Assembly: GCA_048886685.1 (NCBI GenBank)
Contig: JBHLKM010000010.1
Coordinates: 87,946-151,945, forward strand
Length of the DNA stretch: 64,000 nucleotides
Source of the DNA: Candidatus Hodarchaeota archaeon
GTDB lineage: Archaea > Asgardarchaeota > Lokiarchaeia > Sigyniarchaeales > SOKP01
Direction of reading: 5' to 3'
A program made the position numbers and the translations under genes. Under the pieces are notes generated by a model. That model saw only the letters and a list, made by a program, of their open reading frames with translations, had not been told where the DNA came from and ran no database searches. Shown here in pieces: positions 51,605-60,684 of this stretch (position 1 is its first letter; each line of letters opens with the position of its first letter).

Positions 51605-51709
51605 CATAGCAGCTTCATTGAAAAGTATATGAAGAAAGTGTAAAAGGTTCTTGGAAGGAGAAACCTTTCTTCTTTTTTGCAACCTTCCTCCCCTTGAAGC
51701 AGATCTATG
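51605..51709 (-). ncRNA. Candidate structured RNA
   Basis: Nested stems CATAG/CTATG, GCTTCA/TGAAGC, GGGGAG/CTTTTC, GAAGAAAG/CTTTCTTC, GGTT-TCT/AGA-ACC. Confidence 0.4.
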
Positions 51710-51810
51710 AGAAAACTAGGTTAAAAGAATAATAACTTTTAGATTTCATTTTAAAAGAATTAAAGATTCTCAATTTTTTGAGTAGAGAGAGCAAGTTTAA
51801 TTATAAATTT

Positions 51811-52410
51811 CTATGACGATTCAAAATGTTCAAGAATTAATTCTAAGTAAGACTTAGTTATAAAATTTTCTTTTTGAATTCCAAATGAGCTTAAGAAATT
51901 AAATAATAATTCTTTAGATTCACTGATTTTTACTTTAGAATTTGATAGGTATTCTACCTCAATGAAATATTGCTCTAGAATCGGTATATAATCAATCAGA
52001 GCTTCAATATGGTAATTTCCAAAATCGAATTCATACAACTCCCTTTCTTTCTTCACAGTAAAGACTTCTTGGAATCCAAGTGTTTCAAGTATTTTTTTCA
52101 TTTTTTTTATATCTTCAATCTTAATATCAATTTCTTTACGAGTTTTAGTTAGATTATCAATTTTTTTTCCTTTATAAGTAATATAATATTCCAGATCTTG
52201 ATTTTTCTCACGATTAGTTTTATCAAATCGACTTGATTTCCTGAGTCTTAAAGCTTCATCAGTCTGTTTAAAATCTCTTAACCCTTTAGGCATATTATAG
52301 TATGTATCTTCGTGGAGCAAGGAAAATTTATAAGAACCTTTATTTTCTTCAAATTTTCTTCTCATTAATGCTGGATCTGGAATCCGAACTTTGATTTCTA
52401 CCTCAATCAT
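51811..52410 (-). CDS. cyaB: Class IV adenylate cyclase / CYTH family protein
   Basis: EVEIK, DTYY, ALRLR, TYKG, VKKERE, FIEVE, SYLEL. Confidence 0.9.
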   Translation of the reverse strand: MIEVEIKVRIPDPALMRRKFEENKGSYKFSLLHEDTYYNMPKGLRDFKQTDEALRLRKSSRFDKTNREKNQDLEYYITYKGKKIDNLTKTRKEIDIKIEDIKKMKKILETLGFQEVFTVKKERELYEFDFGNYHIEALIDYIPILEQYFIEVEYLSNSKVKISESKELLFNFLSSFGIQKENFITKSYLELILEHFESS

Positions 52411-52493
52411 ATAAGGTTTCTACTTTCATCTGATAACAAATATAATTTATTAATTTTTATTAAGTATTAAGAGTTGCTTGAAGAGTTGACTTC

Positions 52494-53462
52494 ATGTCAC
52501 AGAATCAAAAATTAATCCTAAAACTTGCGCAAGAATATGGATATTTTCCGTATATGATTGAAAGGTATGTTCAATTCTTAGGGATAGATGGGACTATTGA
52601 ATTATTAAAGGCAAATGAAAAACCGTTAAATCCATCCATTAGGGTTAACTCGCTTAAAATTAGTAGCTCTGATCTGAAAAAAAAATTAACTCAGAAAGGA
52701 TTTGAGCTTGAACAGGTTAAATGGATTCCTTATGCTTTTAAAGTCATTCAAGAATCCCAAAATTTAGGTTCTACCCATGAATTCCTCCAAGGATATTATT
52801 ATCTTCAAAATGTTGCCTCAATGCTCCCTGCTGTAATTCTTGACCCAAAACCTAGTGACATTGTAATTGATATGTGTGCGGCGCCTGGGAGTAAAGCAAC
52901 ACATATGGCACAGTTAATGGAAAATGAAGGAATGCTCATTTTAATAGATAGAAATAGAAAAAGAATTCCTGCATTAGAAATGAATCTACGTAGAATGGGA
53001 ATCATAAATTCTATTGTCATAAATATGGATGCAATTAACTTATCACAGTTAAATATTAAAGCAACTAAAATACTTCTCGACGCACCATGTACAGGAGAAG
53101 GACTAATAAGACAAGAACATGATAGGAAAAAAAGTCGAAAAATGAAGGATATTGAGAAAATGGCATCAATTCAGAAAAAATTACTTAAAGCTGGATTGCA
53201 TGTATTAAAACTTAACGGAGAAATGCTGTATAGCACTTGTTCTATTGCTCCTGAAGAAAATGAATTAGTAGTTCATGAAATTCTAGAAGAAAACAATAAT
53301 TTTGAGATATCTAAAATCTCGAATATTTATGGGGTGAGTGGTTTAACAAAAGTGTATGGAAAAAATCTTAGAGAAGATTTAAAGTATTGTCAGAGACTAT
53401 ATCCTCATCTCCATGATACAATTGGATTTTTTGTATGTCTAATCAAAAGAAAAAGCCAATAA
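52494..53462 (+). CDS. NOL1/NOP2/Sun family RNA m5C methyltransferase
   Basis: DMCAAPGSK, LLDAPCTGEG, YSTCS..PEENE, GFF. Confidence 0.95.
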   Translation: MSQNQKLILKLAQEYGYFPYMIERYVQFLGIDGTIELLKANEKPLNPSIRVNSLKISSSDLKKKLTQKGFELEQVKWIPYAFKVIQESQNLGSTHEFLQGYYYLQNVASMLPAVILDPKPSDIVIDMCAAPGSKATHMAQLMENEGMLILIDRNRKRIPALEMNLRRMGIINSIVINMDAINLSQLNIKATKILLDAPCTGEGLIRQEHDRKKSRKMKDIEKMASIQKKLLKAGLHVLKLNGEMLYSTCSIAPEENELVVHEILEENNNFEISKISNIYGVSGLTKVYGKNLREDLKYCQRLYPHLHDTIGFFVCLIKRKSQ

Positions 53463-53544
53463 CAATTTTAGCAATTATTACAATTATGTATATTTAATAT
53501 AAAAAAGATAAGACTTAAGAAATAATATTTTTAAATTCTTTTTT

Positions 53545-54126
53545 TTATTGTTTTTTTCTGAGATAATATCCCTTATCACTTAAATTCATAGCGATAATTT
53601 CTTTTTGCATGAGTTTCTGTACGTTTTGATTTTTAACTCGTGATTGGGCTATAGCTATAATTTCATTAAGTATATTAAAAATCAATAGAAAATCCCTTTC
53701 TTTTAAATTGATTGGAATCTCAACGATCATACTTTTTAAAATATTATTACCATAAAGAATTGATTTTTCTCCTTTTTCATTGACTCGAATTGTTTGAAAT
53801 TCAGAAAATAGATTGAGTTTATTTAGAAATTCAGCGCCTTCTAAACTTAAATAGAAAATTCCTTTTTTAATAAAGCCAAAGTATAGTCCAGCTGAACAGA
53901 TTCTAGGTTTGTTGTCGAAATCTTTGATTAATTTGTGTTGTTCATTAGAAATTAAATAGATTGATGGAAAGTTATCATCAATGGATAATTCATATGTAGA
54001 AATAAATAGATCCTTTTCAAGATTGTCAATTAAGGTTAAAATTTTTGGGGAAATATTAGAAAGTGTAGTAAAAATTATTTTTTTCTCTATTTCATTTATC
54101 TCTCTAAAAGTTATTGAATCATTCAT
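53545..54126 (-). CDS. Nip7-like PUA-domain ribosome biogenesis protein
   Basis: SAGLYFG, LSLEG, EKSILYGNNILKS, DKGYYLR. Confidence 0.85.
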   Translation of the reverse strand: MNDSITFREINEIEKKIIFTTLSNISPKILTLIDNLEKDLFISTYELSIDDNFPSIYLISNEQHKLIKDFDNKPRICSAGLYFGFIKKGIFYLSLEGAEFLNKLNLFSEFQTIRVNEKGEKSILYGNNILKSMIVEIPINLKERDFLLIFNILNEIIAIAQSRVKNQNVQKLMQKEIIAMNLSDKGYYLRKKQ

Positions 54127-54206
54127 ATTACAATAGAATAAAAAGAATTAAGAAGTTTTATTATTATTAATCAATAAAGGTATTAAAAAATAGTGTAAAT
54201 GAAAAA

Positions 54207-54920
54207 ATGGGTATTCGAAAGATAGAAGATGAGATTGATTTAAAAGAAGCGATGAAGAAAAAGGCAGCAGAATTAAAGATGAAAGATATGGAAGCAAGAG
54301 CATCTGTCGAAAAATTTACTAAAGATCGGTTACGTGAACTTGCTAAAAGACATGGCGTTTTATTAGCTCTAACTCCTGAATTAAGAAATGAAGTTAAGGA
54401 ATTACAGAAAAAATACAATATCCCTTCATCTAAAATCATAACTGAACAAATAACAGAACATGATGTTTTAAAAAAATTTTCTAAAATAGATCATGAAAAA
54501 TTAGGAATGCTTGCATACCAACGGGTTTTAATGGCAAAAGAAGAAACAGGGGGGATAATCCCATTGTCAGAAGTATTCGAATTGATTAATACCGGAATAT
54601 TAAAAGGTAATGTTGAGGTTAAGGATATTGATAAAGCTTTAAGTCTCCTGAAAAAAAAGAAGGTAATTGAAGATATTACACAATTAGAATCTGGAGCTAT
54701 TATAGTAAGATTCTTTCCTATTCAATATACAGGGGATGAGTCTAAGGTTGTTGAATTAGCAAAAGAAAAAGGTATTCTCACTTTAGAAGATGTGTGTGTT
54801 AAACTAGATTGGTCTCAAGATCGTGCTCTTCATGCATTAGAATCACTTGAAAAGAGTGGAATCGCAAAGTATAGAGAAAATATTTTAACTGGGAAACAAT
54901 GGTTTTTCCCATCAATATAA
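54207..54920 (+). CDS. vps22: ESCRT-II Vps22/Vps36-like (EAP30 domain) protein
   Basis: EKLGMLAYQRVL..KEETGGIIPLSEV, tandem winged helices, LDWSQDRA, WFFP; adjacent to Vps25 and Vps4. Confidence 0.88.
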   Translation: MGIRKIEDEIDLKEAMKKKAAELKMKDMEARASVEKFTKDRLRELAKRHGVLLALTPELRNEVKELQKKYNIPSSKIITEQITEHDVLKKFSKIDHEKLGMLAYQRVLMAKEETGGIIPLSEVFELINTGILKGNVEVKDIDKALSLLKKKKVIEDITQLESGAIIVRFFPIQYTGDESKVVELAKEKGILTLEDVCVKLDWSQDRALHALESLEKSGIAKYRENILTGKQWFFPSI

Positions 54921-54933
54921 AGAGAAAATTTAG

Positions 54934-55836
54934 TTATTCCAATTTTATTTTAAATGCTAATTGTCCGTTCTCTAATTTGAGGACTTTAGCTCTACGATTT
55001 TTCGCTAAGATTTTAAAAATCTCTTCCAAATCTTCTAAAGGAAGATTACTAAAATCTTCTTGTTTTGCTTCCCGGAGTTCATATATCATAATAGGTTCAA
55101 GCTTTCCATTATCATAAGCCCATTTATATATCTCATCTGACCAGACTTCAAGTGTTTTCCAATAAATTCTTAGTTTTTCTTTCTTTTTGGATAGCCATAC
55201 CGCTTGTTTTTGACTAATTAATTGCTCTGCAATTTCTAATATATATTTTTCTCTTTTAGTAAAATTCGAAAAAGGTTTTTGAGAATTTAATTCTCTTATA
55301 TAAATTATATGGAGAACAGCAAAACGAGCATAATCAAAAAGAACTTTTGCCCATTCTGTTTTCCAAGAAATATAATCATTTTTCTGATTATCTTTATTAG
55401 GCATAGTATACATGAATTTTTTACGCTCTTCTTCTAACCAAGGATAAGCTTTTAACAATTTTTCATAAGCAGTTAATTTCTTTTCAATAAGCCCTTTTTC
55501 TCCTATGATTTCTTCTTCTAATTCTTGAAGTTCAGCTTCAATTTGGTCAGCATGTCGTTGGTATACTTTATTATCAATTTCTCCTGCTTTCGAGCTTAAA
55601 ATATTCTCAAGTTTATCAAATTCCTTTTCGATATAGCTTAAATCTGCAATTTTAAAATCTGATTCGTTAATTATTTGTCTTTCTAATGCTTCCTTCTCTA
55701 GTTCTTCTTTTTCTTTTTTTAATGTCCTTAAACGGGCTAGTTCTTTCCTTAATTCTTCTAATTCTTTTTCTGCTTTTTCTTTTTCTTCTTTAGGGACTTC
55801 CGCTGTTTTCTCTCGTTGTCTTTCCATGTTATTCAA
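54934..55836 (-). CDS. vps25: ESCRT-II Vps25 with N-terminal coiled-coil extension
   Basis: WKTEWAKVLFDYAR, IYWKTLEVWSDEIYKWA.DNG, IYEL. Confidence 0.88.
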   Translation of the reverse strand: MNNMERQREKTAEVPKEEKEKAEKELEELRKELARLRTLKKEKEELEKEALERQIINESDFKIADLSYIEKEFDKLENILSSKAGEIDNKVYQRHADQIEAELQELEEEIIGEKGLIEKKLTAYEKLLKAYPWLEEERKKFMYTMPNKDNQKNDYISWKTEWAKVLFDYARFAVLHIIYIRELNSQKPFSNFTKREKYILEIAEQLISQKQAVWLSKKKEKLRIYWKTLEVWSDEIYKWAYDNGKLEPIMIYELREAKQEDFSNLPLEDLEEIFKILAKNRRAKVLKLENGQLAFKIKLE

Positions 55837-55845
55837 TCTCGTTTC

Positions 55846-57066
55846 TTATACTTCTCCAAATTCTTCTGCCCAATCATTATATTGTTTTATAAGAGTTTTA
55901 TTAGTCATCGGTTTTACTTTTTTTAAAGTCTTCTTAAAATCTTTTAAATTTATATCTCTAACTTTTACCTCTTTATCTGAACTTTCCAAAAGGCCACCCA
56001 TATCCAATTCTCGAATTGGTAACATGATAACCTCACGACAAACATTCGCAATATCTCTACCAGAATATCCTTCAGTTCTAACAGCTAATTCAATATAATC
56101 TTCATCTGTTAATGCTGAGTTTACACCCTCAGTATGGATTTTAAAGATTCCTGATCTCGCTTTCATATCTGGAAGAGGAACATGAACTCTTTTCTCAAAT
56201 CTACTCAGCATTGCATTGTCAATATCCCATGGACGATTTGTCGCTCCCAACACCAACAAAGGTTTATCATGAGTAGATTTTAATCCTTGTATTTCACTCA
56301 ATAACTGTGTTTTGACTCTCCTTTCACCACCGCTTTCAGTTCCTTCTCCCCGCTTTGTAGCTACAGAATCGATTTCATCCATAAATATTAGACTTGGTGC
56401 TCTCAATCTCGCAACTTTGAATAGAGAACTAATTAATTTCTCACTTTCACCTAACCATTTACTTAATAGATCAGCTGAAGAAGCGCTAAAAAAGGTTGCA
56501 TTACATTCTGTGGCTGCCGCTTTAGCTAATAAAGTCTTACCACATCCTGGTGGACCAAAAAGTAAAATTCCTGACCAAGGTCTCCTAGCACCCGTAAATA
56601 ATTCAGGTTTAGCTATTGGAAGAACTATTGCTTCTCTCAGAGCTTGTTTAACGTTTTGTAGCCCCGCAATATCCTCCCATTTTACATTAGGTGATTCGGT
56701 AACTATTGTACCAGAGATCATATCAATCAATTCTTGCTCTTCCGAAGAAACCGCTCCAGCTTCGGAATCCGTCAGACTAGAATCTCCAGTAATACTTGGT
56801 GCTTCAGAAGGTCTTGTTCTCCTAGGACTCACTCCACTGAGATGAGATTTTAGTATTTTAGCTCTCTCGACGTATTCTTCAATGTTCTTTTGGCACAACA
56901 TTCTCATTTGCGGATTCTTATTATATTTCATAAATTGCATTAAGATCTCTGCTGCACGTTGGTATTTATTTATAGCCTGCCTTTTTTTTCCTTGATTGTC
57001 CAATGCTACTGCTTCTTTTGCCGTTTTCACAGCATATTGATAAAGTTTTGAATCTACAGATGACAT
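55846..57066 (-). CDS. vps4: Vps4 AAA+ ATPase (MIT + AAA + Vps4_C)
   Basis: N-terminal MIT (AVALDNQG..QAINKYQRAAE), GPPGCGKT, SKWLGESEK, DEID, ATNRPW, YNDWAEEFG. Confidence 0.95.
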   Translation of the reverse strand: MSSVDSKLYQYAVKTAKEAVALDNQGKKRQAINKYQRAAEILMQFMKYNKNPQMRMLCQKNIEEYVERAKILKSHLSGVSPRRTRPSEAPSITGDSSLTDSEAGAVSSEEQELIDMISGTIVTESPNVKWEDIAGLQNVKQALREAIVLPIAKPELFTGARRPWSGILLFGPPGCGKTLLAKAAATECNATFFSASSADLLSKWLGESEKLISSLFKVARLRAPSLIFMDEIDSVATKRGEGTESGGERRVKTQLLSEIQGLKSTHDKPLLVLGATNRPWDIDNAMLSRFEKRVHVPLPDMKARSGIFKIHTEGVNSALTDEDYIELAVRTEGYSGRDIANVCREVIMLPIRELDMGGLLESSDKEVKVRDINLKDFKKTLKKVKPMTNKTLIKQYNDWAEEFGEV

Positions 57067-57254
57067 ATTAAATATATTACAAAATTCTTAGTATTTATAG
57101 CTAATGTAATTTAGCAATCTGTATGATTAATAATTGAATCAGAATATATCAAATTTACTCTTTAAGCAAAAGATAATAAATATTGGTCTACAAATAATTA
57201 TATAATACCGAATTTTTTTATATCATATATAATATATAAGAAATTTTGATGATT

Positions 57255-57884
57255 ATGGGTTTTCTAAAAGATATCTCTAAATGGTTAAGCGGTGGTAAGA
57301 GGGAAAAAGACACTGTTCGCTCTGCAGCAGTAAAATTGAAAGTATTTAATAAAAGACTGATGCGACAAACTAAAAAATTAGAGATGAGCGCAAAATTAGC
57401 AAGAGATAAAGCAGTAAATCTACGGAGACAAGGTGATATGGATGGATCTAAATTTCATGCGCGTAATTATCTTCAGGTTAAGAAGCAATCAAGAGTGGTG
57501 GAAATGTTTCGCACCAATCTGGAAGGTTTATTGTTCAAATTGGAGCAAGCAACTGCAGTTAAAGATGTATCCGAAATTATGACTGGAATTGCTCAATCTC
57601 TTGCCACTTTAAAAAGTCAACTTTCCGTTCCTCAGATGACAGAATTAATGAGCCAAATCGATATTGATATGGAAGAATTTGCTGTAACTGCTGATATTGC
57701 TACAGAAGGTATGGATAATATCTCAATTGATACTGCTGTTACCGATTCAGATGTTAACGAAGTTTTAGGAGAAATAGATGCAGAGATTCAAGTGGAAATG
57801 GGTGCGGCATTACCAAGTGCAGCATCTGACGAAAAGATAGCCGAGTTAGAGAAAGAGTTAAACCGTTTGAAATCTGATGAATAA
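57255..57884 (+). CDS. ESCRT-III subunit, Vps2/24/46 class
   Basis: N-terminal amphipathic helix (MGFLKDISKWLSG), basic N-half and acidic C-half, AKFHARNY-like segment, C-terminal MIM1-like helix; divergent from vps4. Confidence 0.9.
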   Translation: MGFLKDISKWLSGGKREKDTVRSAAVKLKVFNKRLMRQTKKLEMSAKLARDKAVNLRRQGDMDGSKFHARNYLQVKKQSRVVEMFRTNLEGLLFKLEQATAVKDVSEIMTGIAQSLATLKSQLSVPQMTELMSQIDIDMEEFAVTADIATEGMDNISIDTAVTDSDVNEVLGEIDAEIQVEMGAALPSAASDEKIAELEKELNRLKSDE

Positions 57885-58000
57885 AGTTAGTTTTTTTCTC
57901 TAATCTTCTTAATACACCACCTACCAAAATTATTAAAAGATTTCTTTCTATTTTAACAATATTCGATAACTCAAAATTTAATAATATATAAGTGATCTTT

Positions 58001-59014
58001 ATGGATTTTCCAGAATTAATTACGATTGGAAGTAATACTTTAGATATATTAATTCAGATTGATGACATATTACGATTTGAATTGTTTGATAAAGATATCA
58101 TAAAAAAATATACTGCGATCGAATATTCTCGTAAATTGAATGTGAAGAATGTAAGATTTGTACCAGGAGGGTCAGGTGCCAATATCGCAGCAAATTGTTC
58201 CATGTTAGGACTAAAATGTGCATTTGTTGGTGTAATGGGTAATGATTTTTCTGCAGAAATTTGTTTGACTGATCTAAAGAAACGCGGGGTTGATTTATCT
58301 CAAGTTATTCAGACGGATAAGGATTGTACAGCATTATCAATAATATTAAGAACGCAATGGGGTAAAGATCGTAGCATCTTAGCCTATAAAGGAGCAAATA
58401 ATTTGCTAAAGCCTTCTGATGTTAAGGAAGAGTTATTTAATAATATCAAAGCATTCGCCTGGACATCCTTGACCACAGATGAGAGCTGTAAAGCAATAGA
58501 AAAAGCAATAACACTGACAAAAAATAAAGGGGGAATGGTTTTCGCTGCTCCCAGTATGTCAATTATAAAGAACGCACCAGAGTGGGCAAAAATTCTAATT
58601 TCTAATTCTGATGTAGTATCTATGAATCTAGAAGAAGCTCAAGAATTTACAGGAGAAGCTAAAAAGTCATTAATGATAAAGAATTTCTTAGACCTAGGAA
58701 TAAAACTGATTTCTATAACAGATGGACCTAATGGCTCAATCATATCGGATGGCAAGACTATGATAAATAGTGGTGTTTATAGTGTTGGAAAAGTTGAGGA
58801 TACAACAGGGGCAGGTGATGCATTCTTAGCTGGAATATTAATCTCTCGTTTAAACAATTTTACCCTTGAAAAAACATCAAAAATGGCAACAGCAATGAGT
58901 TTCTTGGAATGTAAAGAAGTAGGAGTTCGCGAGGGATTACCAAATAGTCTACAAGAATTAGAAGATTTCATAAATAATAATACAATTAAACAGGTTATCT
59001 CTGAAATCGTTTGA
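58001..59014 (+). CDS. PfkB family carbohydrate kinase
   Basis: GGSGANIA, NLEEA, DTTGAGDAF. Confidence 0.92.
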   Translation: MDFPELITIGSNTLDILIQIDDILRFELFDKDIIKKYTAIEYSRKLNVKNVRFVPGGSGANIAANCSMLGLKCAFVGVMGNDFSAEICLTDLKKRGVDLSQVIQTDKDCTALSIILRTQWGKDRSILAYKGANNLLKPSDVKEELFNNIKAFAWTSLTTDESCKAIEKAITLTKNKGGMVFAAPSMSIIKNAPEWAKILISNSDVVSMNLEEAQEFTGEAKKSLMIKNFLDLGIKLISITDGPNGSIISDGKTMINSGVYSVGKVEDTTGAGDAFLAGILISRLNNFTLEKTSKMATAMSFLECKEVGVREGLPNSLQELEDFINNNTIKQVISEIV

Positions 59015-59081
59015 AGTTTTAATTTCTTATTTAAATCATTAAATTTTAATTTTTTAATATATTCCTAGTATTAACGTTTTT

Positions 59082-59184
59082 GCGCTCTTAGTATAGTGGT
59101 AAGTATGCTAGGTTGCCAAATCTCTGTCTGTTTGAAGCCAGAGAGGTGATCCTAGCGACCCGGGTTCAATTCCCGGAGGGCGCA
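59082..59184 (+). tRNA. tRNA-Gly(GCC) with 31-nt intron (59120-59150)
   Basis: Acceptor GCGCTCT/AGGGCGC-A; anticodon stem CTAGG/CCTAG interrupted after TTGCCAA; T arm CCGGG-TTCAATT-CCCGG; bulge-helix-bulge geometry. Confidence 0.94.
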
Positions 59185-59510
59185 TATTTTTAACTTTATT
59201 TTTAAAGAGGATATTGTTCTTGGAAGAAATTAAGAATTTATCTAAGAAATTAGAAGATAACTCTGAAGAAGAAAGGAAAAAGATCTGGAAAATTATTATT
59301 AAGAAAAATAGAGCCTAATTTAATAAGAAAAATAAAGAACTAAACAAAATTTTAAAAAAAGATTAAATTCTGACTAACAAATTAATCAATCTTCAGAAGA
59401 TAATATTGGCATATATATAAAGAATCGTGAAAGAGGGATTTCACGAACTTTTTCTATGTTATTTCTGAAATATTTTAAATAACTTCTAGTACTTAATACT
59501 AAGAACTCAC

Positions 59511-59927
59511 ATGAAAAATGTCTCATTGGTTGAAAGAATACCAAGCGTACAAGAATATCTTGCTTTAAGAAGAGCAATCAATTGGAAAATTATTGATGAA
59601 GTGACATGTAAGAAAGGATTGCAAGGATCTCTTTATTGTGTCTGTGCAGAACTAAATGATGATATAATCGGAATGGCTAGAGTTATCGGAGATTCTGGGA
59701 TATATTTTTACATTCAAGACGTTATAGTTTTACCTCAATATCAAAAAATGGGAATTGGTACATTAATGATGAAAAATGTAATGAATTTTCTAGGCAATAC
59801 TATATCACCTCTAACTGTAGTTGGATTAATGGCATCAAAAGGTAAAGAACCATTCTATGAAAAATTTGGTTTTAACAAGAGACCCTCCGAAAGACGGGGA
59901 CATGGAATGTTTAGAATTTGGAAGTGA
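59511..59927 (+). CDS. GNAT family N-acetyltransferase
   Basis: IGMARVIGD, DVIVLPQYQKMGIG, FYEKFGF. Confidence 0.92.
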   Translation: MKNVSLVERIPSVQEYLALRRAINWKIIDEVTCKKGLQGSLYCVCAELNDDIIGMARVIGDSGIYFYIQDVIVLPQYQKMGIGTLMMKNVMNFLGNTISPLTVVGLMASKGKEPFYEKFGFNKRPSERRGHGMFRIWK

Positions 59928-60092
59928 AACTTGCGATTAGACACGTTGAAATCATTAAAACTTTAAAAAACTTTGATATAACAAAATTTATCATTAAAAT
60001 TTTAGATAGTGATTGAGGTAATTCACAAAAAATTTAATGAAACCTTTTAAGTTATTTTTTCCATAACTTTCTTTAATAATATGAAGAATAAA

Positions 60093-60135
60093 TTTATATA
60101 AATTCAATTGAAATTCAATTAATAAAAAGGAGTGA
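60093..60135 (+). promoter_or_regulatory. TATA box, palindromic operator-like site and SD upstream of flavodoxin
   Basis: TTTATATA (60093-60100), TTCAATTGAA palindrome (60103-60112), AGGAGTGA (60128-60135). Confidence 0.55.
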
Positions 60136-60141
60136 ATTATA

Positions 60142-60588
60142 ATGAAAGTACTTATAGTTTACGACACAAAATACGGAAACACTCGAAAAGTGGCTGAATT
60201 AATTGGCGAGGGCCTCAAAACCATTGAAGAAAATGAGGTCACAATTGCAAATGTGAAAGAGATTGATCTGAATAAAGATCAGATTTATGATTTAATACTT
60301 GTTGGTTCTCCAAATCATATGGGGACTCATACGGAATCTGTTAGGAAATTCATAAAGGGTCTTCGCGACGCTTTATTAAAGGGAAAATCTTTTGCAGTAT
60401 TTGATACGTATATGTCAAAGGATTATGAAAAAGCAGTAAAGAGAATGGAAAAGCAAATTAATATGGTTATACCAAATATGGCTAGAGCAAGTTCTGGATT
60501 GTCTATTAAAGTTGGAGGGAAGAAAGGACCAATTGTGGAAGAAGATCTCCCTAAATGTAAAGAATTTGGAATTAGCCTTGCTAAATGA
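60142..60588 (+). CDS. Flavodoxin family protein
   Basis: YDTKYGNTRKVAE, GSP, AVFDT. Confidence 0.9.
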   Translation: MKVLIVYDTKYGNTRKVAELIGEGLKTIEENEVTIANVKEIDLNKDQIYDLILVGSPNHMGTHTESVRKFIKGLRDALLKGKSFAVFDTYMSKDYEKAVKRMEKQINMVIPNMARASSGLSIKVGGKKGPIVEEDLPKCKEFGISLAK

Positions 60589-60684
60589 TTTTTTTCCAAA
60601 CCAAGAAAAAATCAAAAACATTTATTTTTTTGTTACTATTATTAATTTTATACCTTAAGCTTTAACTAATAAGAGGGGTAGAAT

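Noticed and set aside
51605-51709. SECIS interpretation of this hairpin and of 28644-28715
   Set aside because: No AUGA/GA core with a long helix II, and no flanking gene with an in-frame TGA at a Cys position.
56312-56845. 177-aa ORF antisense to vps4, and other short shadow ORFs (e.g. 1201-1491, 20669-20995, 43611-43973)
   Set aside because: They lie fully within well-supported genes and show no motifs; typical antisense or alternate-frame shadows.
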